Of a stretch of 64,000 nucleotides of DNA, positions 53,586 through 64,000 are shown piece by piece. The position numbers were made by a program, and so were the translations under genes. The notes under the pieces were generated by a model. The model had not been told where the DNA came from, searched no databases, and worked only from the letters and a program-made list of their open reading frames with translations. The DNA lies in the NCBI RefSeq assembly GCF_018977255.1, contig NW_024704742.1, positions 108,192,001-108,256,000 of the forward strand. The letters run 5' to 3'. Origin of the DNA: Callorhinchus milii. Lineage: Eukaryota. Position 1 is the stretch's first letter. Every line of letters begins with the position of its first letter.

Positions 53586-56302
53586 CCTACACAGTAGTAA
53601 TAACAAATAGTGTACAAATACAATGGGCACAAAGAAAACTTTGTGAAGCACTATGAGACATTTTGATGTAATAAGGTGCTATATCAAAACCAAGTACAGA
53701 TACACAAAATTCTATTTTAATTCTTTTTTAAAAGAATTTATAGATTCCGTGCTTCTTAATGCATGAACAAAACTCAATAAGTGACACATTCTTCAACTGA
53801 AAAATATTTTAACCCTGACAAAATCCAAACCCTGATAATACAACTCCCAAAATATTATTGTATTGAAACTTATTGCTCATATTATGAAAACCTAAATAGG
53901 TGCAAAAAAGCTACATTGATGTTCTAGTACAAAACGTTTAGAGACCAGGTTCAACAGAGGTCCTTAGACAAATATTCCAATGAGACAATTTGTAATTTAA
54001 AATATTGGATTTCAATTTTTTGTATATTTAGGGCATGGGAAAAAAATACGGACTTTAGGCCCTCTTGGGTTCCACTAGTTTTGACCCCCTAACACTAGTA
54101 ATGAATTCATTCTTGTGAGGGAAACACAATTTCTAATCCATATGTATGTGTTTTGAGTTAATTTTGCTTTAATTATTCACATAGTTGTTATTTTAAAATC
54201 CTTTGCCACTTGTCTTAAAACAATAATCTCTCTGAGGGCAGAAGGTCAAAAGTAATCTTAACATCAAATTAATATTTGTTAAATTTTCAAATACTTTGTT
54301 ATTCCCGTCTTCATCCATCGGATAAATAGAAGACTGGTTAACATAGTACTTAAAAAGTTTAAATATTAAAAAGATAACTACTGCTGATGTAACGTTTTTA
54401 TTATTCAATCATGCTTGAAACAACTGAATTGGTGAGGCATAAAGTCATTTTAAATGTTAGATCATACAAAATTGGGAACTGTATGGAATAATTTTCTTTT
54501 TAATATTCTGTCTTGAACCAACATTCTCTTTTTTCAAGAGTATTCTTGGGAAATTATACAGGAGACTTACAAAAGTGTCTATGCATTAATCAACCACTTT
54601 CAAGCCTTCCTATTATTCTGAACAATTACTAGCAGCTTTTGTGTTTTAATTACTTATAAGTACCGGTCAGGTAAAAATATTCCTTTCTTATACTAGAAAG
54701 AATTTAATCCTGAAGGAATGTATAAAATATTCTAAATGGCTTCTTCTTTTTAATAGTACATTAAATTAAAAATTATATCAGACGTTATTAACATCATTCA
54801 GACTTGGTAAAAGAATTACATCTGGAGCTCTAGATATGCAGTTGCAATTAATTTTACCAGGGACTAAAGGCTTTTCTCACTCATACAAGCAAAAAGAATT
54901 GTAAAAAATTTATTGAAAAACAGAAAATGAGTTAACAACCTGCAAAATTTGTTCATTTTGAATGTACTGGGATGTGATGGCATTATTTTGAAGGAGGGTT
55001 CTGAAGGCAATGTTGAAAGATGCTATATAAATGTAAAAATCTTGTTGATTTATAGTTCTACACAATGGCATACAATATTTTTTGTAATGAATAGAAAATG
55101 CACCAGTAAAAATCACTCATTTGAATCAAAGTGCCATGCTTTACTGCTAGTTAATAAAGGTTTATCCCAAATGCTACATTTCAATTGTCCAACTGCTTGA
55201 AAGAAAAATAACGTTTTCCCAGCATTTTTACAGAATACCTTACTTGCATTACCACTAATGAATCTGAATTTGACATGTATGCATTAGTAAATCTAATACG
55301 CTTTAAATTGGTATGGCATTACAAAAATAACAGAAGCAAATAAGATTAATCACGTCAAAAAATAAGGTAATGATATACTTCTTCCACCTGCATGCTTAAA
55401 TATCAAACACAGCATCATATTGCTGACGATGTAGAATTATTCCTTACTGAGGACAGTTAACAATAAAACAAGACCCAAATGATGAATTCCTACCTCAACC
55501 AAAGGGTCAAGGTGAGATGCCAAGTGAACGCTAAGTGTATTCTCACTGCAAATAACACAGATGGAATCAGTCTGTTTTTGCATACCACATAGCTATCACT
55601 TATAGACAAGCAGTGCAGAGGCATTGGCACATAATTAAACAGAATAATCATGCTTACAGTCCCATTAGTGCATTTAAACATAATTGCCCCATAACCTGCA
55701 TTCCAAAAACCAATCCAAGTTTCATGCAATGATTTTCATCATTAGTAGCAAGAGTTTATCAGAATCTAATTTGTAGAAAATTATTAAGTAGAATTCACAT
55801 CATAGAAGTGTATTTTCAGACCGATTGTGAATATTTTCCTTTAATACAACATTAGTTTTTACATTCTTTCAGTTTCCTTGGCTTTTATTAGCATGCGCAA
55901 AATTAATTTTCACTTGACAGTACTCAACCTAACATTTCAGATAACTTTCTTATAATTCTTGTATTATTTCAGTTTTGATATATGCGAGATAAAGAACAAT
56001 TTAGAAATTTTGGATGCTGATACATTTTTATGCTGTGGAAAAGTCCCCAAAACAAGGGATCATAGGTTCAAATTAAGGATAACAAAGGGAATGAGAAGTG
56101 CAGGAGAATTTTTGTTTTGTAAATAATAATGGCAGTAATCCTTGCATTTGATATAGCACTTACCTTTTCAAAATGTCTCAAAACATTTTGTAGTAACTAC
56201 CATCATCAACAACAAATTACACTTGTATTTCACATAGAAAGGACTTCCCAGGGCTACATTACAGTGAATAGAAAATGAATATATGAAATGAAAGTTTATT
56301 TC

Positions 56303-56680
56303 ACCCACAAAATATACAGTCAATTCACCTTACGGTTTATTCTGTGAAGTGCTTTGAGACGACCCCGGCTCACCTGCCCCACCATTGGCGGGCGGGCCTT
56401 CAGTCACTCTGCTCTGGAACTCCATCCCGCAGTCCCTCCTCCTCGCCCACTTCCTTGCTTCCTTCAAGACCCATCTCAAGACCCTCCTCTTCGACTGTGC
56501 CTTTGGTCTCCCTCCTTGCCCCTTGCTCTCAACCCTTCCCGACTCCCAGCTCGGGTTCAAAACACTGATTGTCCAGCGCCTTGGGACATCCTCCCGATGT
56601 GAAAGGAGTTAATTTTGTTGTTGTTGTCTCAATTACTTGATATGGGGCTGTATCAAATGCTAGGATTATTAGTATTATTT
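56303..56680 (+). mobile_element. SINE tail split by an L2 3' fragment (~56362-56627)
   Basis: ...GCTTTGAGACG | L2 (TIGGRAFS..LWNSIP..FKTHLKTLLF, GTT tail) | TCTCAATTACTTGATATGGGGCTGTATCAAATGCTAGGATTATT. Confidence 0.8.
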
Positions 56681-56761
56681 CCAAATTTTAGAACTTTCTT
56701 AGTGTGTTAATAGGATATTGCAGTGTTCTTTGCCTTTGGACTCTGGTTTTAGCTTGCCCAC

Positions 56762-56920
56762 CTGCTGCATAGCCATTAGCCTGGAGTAGTTTGCTGCCTT
56801 TACCAAGGCTTCCACGGCCCTCTTTGCTCGCTGTTGAGGGGCGCCCTTAGGGAATGTAGGCAATGCTGAAATCATATTCTCCACAGTGAATTCCTGGCAG
56901 ACTTCATGTTCCAATTTTGC
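56762..56920 (-). CDS. Internal exon of the same gene (AKLEHEVCQEFTVENMISALPTFPKGAPQQRAKRAVEALVKAANYSRLMAMQQ)
   Basis: Acceptor TCTTCTACAG, donor CAG|GTGGGC; 159 nt, phase 0-0, open; joins in frame to the exon starting at 47602. Confidence 0.82.
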
Positions 56921-57053
56921 CTGTAGAAGATTACATGGTTCAACATTTTAATGTTTCCATAATTCACACCAAATTTAAGACAAGAGAAGACAAAGTGTAG
57001 ACAAATACATTTTGCCATGTGCAGAATAATTGCACATTGTACACTGGTCTTGC

Positions 57054-57163
57054 AATAAGATTTTTTTCGAGGCTGATAGTTCGTAATCTATACGTAACAC
57101 AAGATTCAAGCAAGATTTTTAAACAATTCAAGCTCAGCAGCTCAGCACAATCAAAGATATATC
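57054..57163 (-). CDS. Probable internal exon (GYIFDCAELLSLNCLKILLESCVTYRLRTISLEKNLI); donor position uncertain
   Basis: Acceptor TTTTTATTGACAG, phase-1 entry, open frame. In-phase donor options include ATT|GCAAGA (57054, GC), CCA|GTGTAC (57045) and AAT|GTATTT (57009); all are weak. Confidence 0.55.
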
Positions 57164-57586
57164 CTGTCAATAAAAAAGTCACGTAAATTGGTAAAACTGA
57201 TTAGAAAATGTTCACAGGCTGATGATTACTTTTAAAATACGCTTAGCAGGCTAAAGGTTAAAAGCTTTTTGCTTTGTTGTTCACAGATAATAGTATTATA
57301 TCTGTGTAGCAAGATCATGAAGGATTTAGTGATAATGTGTAACTGAATTATAGTGATATAATGAAATTCACAATAGAAACTAACTAATGCAGCCACAGGA
57401 AGATATTAGCTGGTATTGAAATACTATCAGAAAATTGTTTACATTTATTTCACTTAGGCATTTAAATTCTCAATGACACATTATACATATAAATAGATAA
57501 ATTGAAGATTATACAAAAGGACTTGATAATGATCACTAAACTAGAGAATTTATGTTCCAGCTAATTTTCAACAGTCCACTGCTCCT

Positions 57587-57951
57587 ATGATAATCCTTGC
57601 ATTTGATATAGCACCTTATCACGTTGATGAGAAGTCTCGAAGGCGCTTCATAGAATATACTGTAAAGTGAACTGACTGTATATTTTGTGGTTGAAACGCA
57701 GCAGCCAATTGTGCACAGCAGTGTCCAAAAAACAGTTGTGGATTGAGTGACCAAATTATTATTATTTATTTTTGAAGGGATTATTACCGCAGGAAAAGCG
57801 ATTTGCCAATCAACTAACTTCCTACATACTGCCAGATAAACAGAGTTGTGTGGAGTAAGGAAACTTGTCTAAGGTTTCACCCTGTCCGAGAATCCAACCT
57901 GGGTCCTGTTGCTTGTGAGGTGAATGCTCTAACTGATACGCTACAGGGCTT
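57587..57951 (-). mobile_element. Family A SINE with a ~57-bp internal insertion
   Basis: Tail and body at 57587-57789; tRNA head at 57848-57951. Confidence 0.82.
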
Positions 57952-58089
57952 CTCTCAGAAGATATTTTTTGAGTCCTTTATACATCTATTCTTTTAGTTC
58001 CACAAGTGCCAGTTGACCTCCAATACTGGTAATTAATCATAATGTGCTTTAACAGTCAGTGTTGATAATCTATTTGCATGTAGGAACAT

Positions 58090-58323
58090 TGCAGTTTCCT
58101 TATTCCACACACCTAATAATAATCCCTCCAAAAACAAAACAATAATAAATTGGTCATTTTCAATCCACAACGGTTTGTGGGGCACTGCTGTGCGCAATTG
58201 GCTGCCGCGTTTCGCCCACAAATATACAGTCAATTCACTTTATAGCATATTCTGTGAAGCGCTTTGAGACGTCTAGAAGACGTGAAAAGCGCTATATCAA
58301 ATGTAAAAGTTATTATTATTATT
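58090..58323 (+). mobile_element. 5'-truncated family A SINE
   Basis: Body and (ATT)n tail. Confidence 0.88.
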
Positions 58324-58342
58324 GCAGTTAAATTCAATTCTC

Positions 58343-58530
58343 TAATAATAATAATCCTTGCATTTGATATAGCGCTTTTCACGTCGGGAGGACGTCCCAA
58401 AGCGCTTCACAGAACACACTGTAAAGTGAATTGACTGTATATTTGTGGGCGAACGCAACAGCCAATTGCGCACAGCAATGTCCCACAAACAGTCGTAGAT
58501 TGAAAATGACCAATTTATTATTGTTTGGGG
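58343..58530 (-). mobile_element. 5'-truncated family A SINE, near-identical to the 32231 copy
   Basis: Shares the diagnostic CAGTGTGTTCTGTGAAGCGCTTTGGGACGTCCTCCCGACGTGAAAAGCGCT. Confidence 0.88.
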
Positions 58531-58719
58531 TTTATATATAAAATATATATATATTCTGACGAGCGCTTTAGACGTCTCAATGACATGATCAGGTGCTATA
58601 TCAAATGCAAGGATTATTATTATGCATGCGCAACCCACAGGAAGTGATATCAGCAGCGATATGACAACCAGGAAGCTCTAAATGGAAGCTATTGTGTCGT
58701 GCATCCCATCTTAATGCGG

Positions 58720-58975
58720 GGGCTATCTGATCTAATGGACCCACAGTACCATGTTATAATTGGGTCCAACTGTATTCATGGACATAGACCTTCAGGGGTC
58801 TCTGAATATTCATCAGGAGCAGGAAGACTGGCTGATTTTCCTCTACCTAACCCAGGCATAATGAAGTCAGTTGTGGCTCCCCAACTGTTGCTCTGCTTGT
58901 GATCAGTGAACTCAACACAACTTGGCTGCCACAATGCATAGCCTAATGCCTTTACCCACTGAACCATGTGGGATC
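58720..58975 (-). mobile_element. AmnSINE2-like ancient SINE, 5' half
   Basis: TGGTTCAGTGGGTAAAGGCA...CCTGGGTTAGGTAGAGGAAAATCAGCCAGTCTTCCTGCTCCTGAT...GACCCCTG. Confidence 0.62.
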
Positions 58976-59047
58976 TCAGAGAGAAGTTCATTATGTTGCA
59001 TTTCTATTCGCATTAGTGCTATTTTCACATGCATTCCATTCAATTAC

Positions 59048-59260
59048 CTTTTGGTTTAATACCCTGGTTAATTTTACTGTTCACAATTTCATAAACGGAG
59101 TTTGACATCAACTGAAAAAGTATATCGCACCTTACAGAATAGTTTGCTATAATGGCTGCTCTTTATAACCGCAGAGATTCCCAAAAGCAATTGGATTTCC
59201 TCACGGCCTTTTATCAACACATTTCAGGTTGGCTTAAATGAGTATCGCACTGGATAAAGC
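59048..59260 (-). pseudogene. Exon-shaped segment of the same gene with three in-frame stops (FIQCDTHLSQPEMC**KAVRKSNCFWESLRL*RAAIIANYSVRCDILFQLMSNSVYEIVNSKINQGIKPK)
   Basis: Acceptor CTGTTTGCAG, strong donor AAG|GTAATT; 213 nt, phase 1-1, matching both neighbours. Stops: TGA 59216-59214, TAA 59213-59211, TAA 59165-59163. Confidence 0.55.
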
Positions 59261-59811
59261 CTGCAAACAGAATCTGGCTTACAATACACTTTTAAATGAA
59301 GGTAGACAAATTTCAAATTCTATATAAAATTTTTAATGTTGTATTAAGATAAATTAATTTTTTTATATATAAAAAATGAGGGGTTCCAAAACAATTTCAC
59401 ACAAGGTTATGATTTGCACAGAATTTTCTAATAAATGGTCCCCAAATTAAAAAAATGTTTTCTTTTCCGTCGAATGCATGCACATTGCACTGGTAATTCC
59501 TATAGTCATAAGTGGGACCTGAGATTCATACTCATGTTCATTGGGAGTTTCCAAAGGTAGCTCAAATTTGCAAGTCAATTATTCCAGCTTGCAAAACCTT
59601 TTGTTGACTTATCTCCCACTTCCTCCATTTTCAATCACTGCTGTGGATTCGTGAGGCCCAACACTCCAAGGAGGCCCGAACAATAATATTAAATTGGTGT
59701 TAGTGACTGACAAGACTCTTTTTTAAGTAATTGGAAAAAACTAGAGCATATGGGTCTTGTCTCTTGGCTAAAGTAAATGTGATACATGGCTATCCCTGAT
59801 ATTTAATTATA

Positions 59812-60143
59812 CAGTGGAGTCATAATGCGATGGTTGGGAACAATAATCCCAACCACCTTATAATATGATAAGTTAGCCAGTTTCACTGAGCATGTGTGCA
59901 ACCAGCCATCTCACTCTCTGTGCCAGTTTACGTGCTGAAAGAATGGCTGACTTCTGCTGCATTAGGTTGCTGGTGACACCACTTCCAATTTGTTGTGCAA
60001 AGAAGAATGTGACATTTGTAGTCATCTAATGATCAATTGGCCGTTTTAGTGCAAAAGTTGACTAACACATGGAATGGGGTCCACAATGCAACTATGTTAG
60101 AACCAAATTGTGCTATAAAGAAGTGCATAATAATGAGGATCTG
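59812..60143. mobile_element. Tigger-like MITE
   Basis: TA|CAGTGGAGTCATAATGCGATGGTTGGG ... GCATAATAATGAGGATCTG|TA. Confidence 0.55.
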
Positions 60144-60714
60144 TATCTTTCATTCATTCAAAAGAATTTTTAAATGCTGTGTTGTAGGTACAGCCATATA
60201 GGTTGGGATATCACAGACAGAAATAACCATGTTGAACATCTACGAGCTAAGATTATGTACCTCAACATGTGAACTAACTGCATACAGCTTCCTAAAAAAC
60301 AAGCTATACAACCTAAATCAATACTAACTCAAGACCATGCAACTATAGTGGTTACACAACAAACATAGATGAACTTCAGAGAAATATTTATAGTCCAAAA
60401 ATATTCATTAAGTCTATACAATTAATTGGTTTGAAGCAATATGATGGGTAACAACAGAAGAACAGTATCATGTAATGGGTAATTTCTCAAATACAACAGC
60501 CTACTAATGTTGAATTTACATATATGGAATTTACATATATTGTGCTTCTTCCATATCATGGGAATATTTCGATGCCAATGGTTTAAAAACAGAGGCTTTT
60601 CCCTTGCCCTTCTCACCTCAATCCACATGCATGCACACTCCACCTCACAGAGCCAATGCAGAACCTCAGTGTCTTGTTCCCAACTGTGCTTTAATGTTTA
60701 CACTGGTGCTCTGA

Positions 60715-61278
60715 TCCACTTGGCTTTCTCCCACCTCTGTAACATTGCCTGCCTCTGCCATTACCTCGCCCCTTGGGTCATGAGACCCTGATCCGTGCCT
60801 TGAACACGTCCAGGCTCGTTTACGCCAACTCTGTTTGTCGGACTAGCCAACTCTTCCCTTTACAAGCTATCCAGAATTCTGCAACTTGGATCCTTTCCCA
60901 CACTAGGCTTCACAAAAGTATCACCCCCATTCTCGCACGGCTCCCCAATCTTCAGAGGACCGAGCTCAAGATCCTCATTCTGACCTTTAAATCCCTCCTT
61001 GGTCTTGCCACCCCTTACTTCTGTGACCTTCTCAAATCTTACAAACCCACCTGCTTCCTCTTCTCGGTAGGCACCGTGTCTCCCAACCTATCCACCCCAT
61101 CATCGGTGGTCAAGCTTTCAGCCTCACTCTCTGGAACTCCACTGTGGAGTCTCTACGACTCACCACTTCCCTCAACTCCTACCCCTCGGCTACAAACTCT
61201 GGACTGTCCAGCATCTTGGCACGTCCTCCCAACGTGGAAGGCACTCTATAAATGTAAATTTGTTGTTGCTGTTGTTGT
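60715..61278 (+). mobile_element. 5'-truncated L2
   Basis: ETLIRALNTSRLVYANS..LQAIQNSATWIL..ELKILILTFKSL, then stem-loop and (GTT)n tail. Confidence 0.88.
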
Positions 61279-61492
61279 CATTTGCTTGTGAGGAAAAGCA
61301 ATTTCACTTCCGGGTCTGAAAAATTTCATACCTATTTGCATTAAGCAAGTATCAAAATGGAGTATTATAAACTTGCCTGCTCTGGAAGTGTTTTTCCAGC
61401 TACTAGGTATGCAATGGTATGAGGAAGTTGTGCTAATTATTTAGAGTTTGTTAATTGTCTCTACATAATACAGTAAATCAACGAATGTCTAC

Positions 61493-61675
61493 CATTACAG
61501 CTTTGGCTTCTGCACTGAGAGCAAGAGTTTAGATCATGTTTATTTGTAGGAAATTGTTCCACATATTGGAAGGGTGTAGGCTTGATGCCACATATGGAAT
61601 ATGTGCAAAACAGGCTGCAAATCAACTGGTCTCGGGTACTGCAGTACAGATCATCACCCAAAAGGTGATGACAGC
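61493..61675 (-). CDS. Candidate upstream exon (GCHHLLGDDLYCSTRDQLICSLF...SQSCN)
   Basis: Acceptor TATTTAG, donor ATG|GTAGAC; 183 nt, phase 1-1, open (inside ORF 61461..61697). Confidence 0.4.
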
Positions 61676-61931
61676 CTAAATAATACGTACGTGTCACAGG
61701 AACAAAGAAGCACAGTGAGAAACCTGGTGGAACCTGACACTATGTAAAGGAACATGAAGTCATCCTCGGGTGTAGATGTCTTCAGTGGGAAATGGTTAGT
61801 TTTAATTGCCTAGAGCCATTTGGAAATGTCAAAACAAGAGTGATAAGAAGCTTGTAGCACAAAGAAAACACCAGATAGAAGAAGTGCACCAAAGAACAGG
61901 TGCAGTACAGTAGTTATGTTTTTAAGTCTAC

Positions 61932-62003
61932 CATCTCTTCAGAGCTTTGTTTCAATATGCTTGGCAAAGCTTGTACCGACCTTGATAAAGTGAAGGATTT
62001 TGC
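61932..62003 (-). pseudogene. Weak candidate upstream exon (KILHFIKVGTSFAKHIETKL*RD in the phase 1-1 frame)
   Basis: Acceptor CCTACCTAG, donor ATG|GTAGAC; 72 nt; one TGA in the compatible frame. Confidence 0.2.
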
Positions 62004-62454
62004 CTAGGTAGGATACACATTTGCTGATTTTAATTTATCTATACTGGACATACTATACCTGACTGAAGCAGCAAGGAGATAACATGTCCTACTTTGCTAA
62101 CAACTTGCCGATCTTTTATATGCCACAACCTATTTTTTCCTAAGTAGCAAATCTGAATGCTGGCTCCTAATCTATGGATCCACAGGGAAGGTTGGTGTCA
62201 CTGATAGTATGGTTTTCAAGGGAGGCCACCCTACGTGATGTCAATCTATGAGATCTCTGACCTTGGGGAATCCCAAATGGAGTTTAGAGCTTCTGTGGCG
62301 ATGGTACTCAATTCCAAATGCAATAAGCAATTTACACTCACTAGAGTGTTCAATAATCTAACATTCAAAGAAAACATAGAAATGTCCATCCCATAATGTA
62401 TATGCTAAGCAGTGGGACACAAAGGAAGAAGTACTGGTGGAAAGTGCCATGTTT

Positions 62455-63000
62455 AATGCAGTGAAGACTGGGCAATCTGACTCCTTGGAGTAACATGTGT
62501 CACACCACTATTTAAGAAGGGTGGAAGAGAAAAGATGGGGAACTATGGACCAGTTAGTCTGACATCGGTAGTAGGGAAAATTCTAGAATCCTTAATGAAG
62601 GACGTTGTAGTGAGATACTTAGAGGATCACAATATGATTAGACAGAGGAGGATCCTTATTTAAGATGTTACATTCCCACACTTTCCACAAAAGGATGTAC
62701 TCGCCTTGGACGGGGTACAACGTAGATTCACTAGGTTGGTACCTGGGATGAGGGGGATGAGTTATGAGGATAGGTTGAGCAATTTAGACCTATATTCTCT
62801 AGCATATAGAAGAACTAGAGGTGATCTTATAGAAACATATAAGATTATAAAGGGGCACGACAGAATAGATAATGGGAGACTTTTTCCCCTGGTTGGAGAA
62901 ACTATAACCAGGGGTCACAGTCTTAAAATTAGGGGTAAGCCCTTTTGCACTGAGTTGAGGAAACACTTTTTCACTCAGAGGATAGTGAATTTATGGTATA
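62455..63000 (+). mobile_element. CR1 LINE remnant lacking the RT core
   Basis: VTPLFKKGGREKMGNYGPVSLTSVVGKILESLMKD lies beside DVLALDGVQRRFTRLVPGMRGMSYEDRL..FFTQRIVNLW. Confidence 0.88.
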
Positions 63001-63466
63001 TGACCTTTGCACCATAACATTTCCTATTAATGCAAGAGTGAATAATAACAGCAATGAAGTGAAAGTTGTAACGTGAGCACCAGTAGACATGAAACGGTCA
63101 CTAAGAGGTAGCAATTTGACATGGATGTCTGATAGTCACTGGTTATCCTCTAACCTCTAATTATTATTATTAAAGGCTCCAAACTTAAATGCGACATTAA
63201 TTTTACACTTCTCCATGTCTGACTGTAGGAGTGAGGGCTAATTATAATCATTAAGAAATAGAAACTAGTGGTCCGATGAAGTTTAGAGATAGCGTTGGGA
63301 AAAGTGGTGTTTCCTAGATGGGATTTGGCAAGGGATAGTGCTGAGGTACTAGTTGGGGAATTTCAAGTCTTAAAATAATGTCCATTCTACAAAGGAAGCT
63401 GCCATTGTTGTCAATTATGCTGATTCACTAAATACAATTTACTATCACAACCATCAGAGTCGTGCA

Positions 63467-63540
63467 TAGTCAATCCACTTTACAGTATATTCTGTGAAGT
63501 GCTTTGAGACGTCTCAATAACGTGATAATATATTATTATA
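63467..63540 (+). mobile_element. SINE 3' tail fragment
   Basis: AGTCAATCCACTTTACAGTATATTCTGTGAAGTGCTTTGAGACGTCTCAATAACGTGAT. Confidence 0.75.
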
Positions 63541-64000
63541 AATTGCTCAGCCTTTAGAGAAAGAGACTGCTTATTGTAGGGGAACATCCTAGTATTTCTT
63601 CTATGAGATCTGGTTCAATTAACTGGTTCAATAAAATATTTATTTAAATTACAATAATTAAACATGTGTCAAGTGACTCTTGGTTCATCACCACTGAATT
63701 ATCTCATCAAGGCACAATTGGTAAAATAACTCATCAATTGGGGGCATGTCTCTATTGGACATGAGAAAATCACATCAAAGACTGATCTGGTCACATCAAT
63801 GACCAGGTCAATTTTTATATTTTTAGCTTCGACTGGCTGAAAAAACAGACTTTTGAGATGAACGTCAGCTATTTATTTTGGATTTAACTGCTTCCAAAAT
63901 AGATGGTGGGACACATGAGAAAGTGTTCTACAAGACTCGCCTTTGTTTTTTTAAAAGGAGTTGAATAAGAAGTATGGAATACATTGGAAAAACATGCTGG

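Noticed and set aside
55494..55545. Minus-strand 52-nt exon-like segment (ENTLSVHLASHLDPLVE)
   Set aside because: Phase is incompatible with the flanking exons, which join cleanly without it.
59211..59216. Selenocysteine or readthrough recoding of the in-frame TGA
   Set aside because: Immediately followed by TAA, with another TAA downstream; no SECIS recognised.
59138..59227. Plus-strand mini-exon MAALYNRRDSQKQLDFLTAFYQHIS
   Set aside because: Short, no partner exons, and antisense to a better phase-consistent minus-strand exon.
1..64000. CRISPR array, operon or prokaryotic/viral defence system
   Set aside because: No regularly spaced direct repeats or dense long ORFs; all RT motifs belong to L2/CR1 retrotransposons in intron-rich eukaryotic DNA.

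Overview
AT-rich, repeat-dense vertebrate genomic DNA. The repeat complement (L2 and CR1 LINEs, Deu-domain tRNA-SINEs, AmnSINE2-like SINEs, Tigger-like MITEs) suggests a cartilaginous fish, possibly a holocephalan (inference). There are two minus-strand loci. (1) About 35.1-62 kb: a spliced gene for an unrecognised, largely helical/coiled-coil protein. Four 3' exons (56920-56762, 47602-47455, 41443-41300, 35608-35079) are open with canonical, phase-matched junctions. The next upstream exon has no good GT donor, and the one before it (59260-59048) carries three in-frame stop codons. (2) About 1-33 kb: exon-shaped, stop- and frameshift-riddled blocks that look like a large decayed (unitary) pseudogene, tentatively RGS22/RGSL1-like; one exon appears split by a near-full-length L2. 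The best-supported 'system' is an L2 LINE and SINE partnership sharing a 3' stem-loop with covarying base pairs and reciprocal nested insertions. I see no prokaryotic features, CRISPR arrays, rRNA or true tRNA genes, and I cannot claim a wholly new biological system. All calls are by eye and repeat boundaries are approximate.
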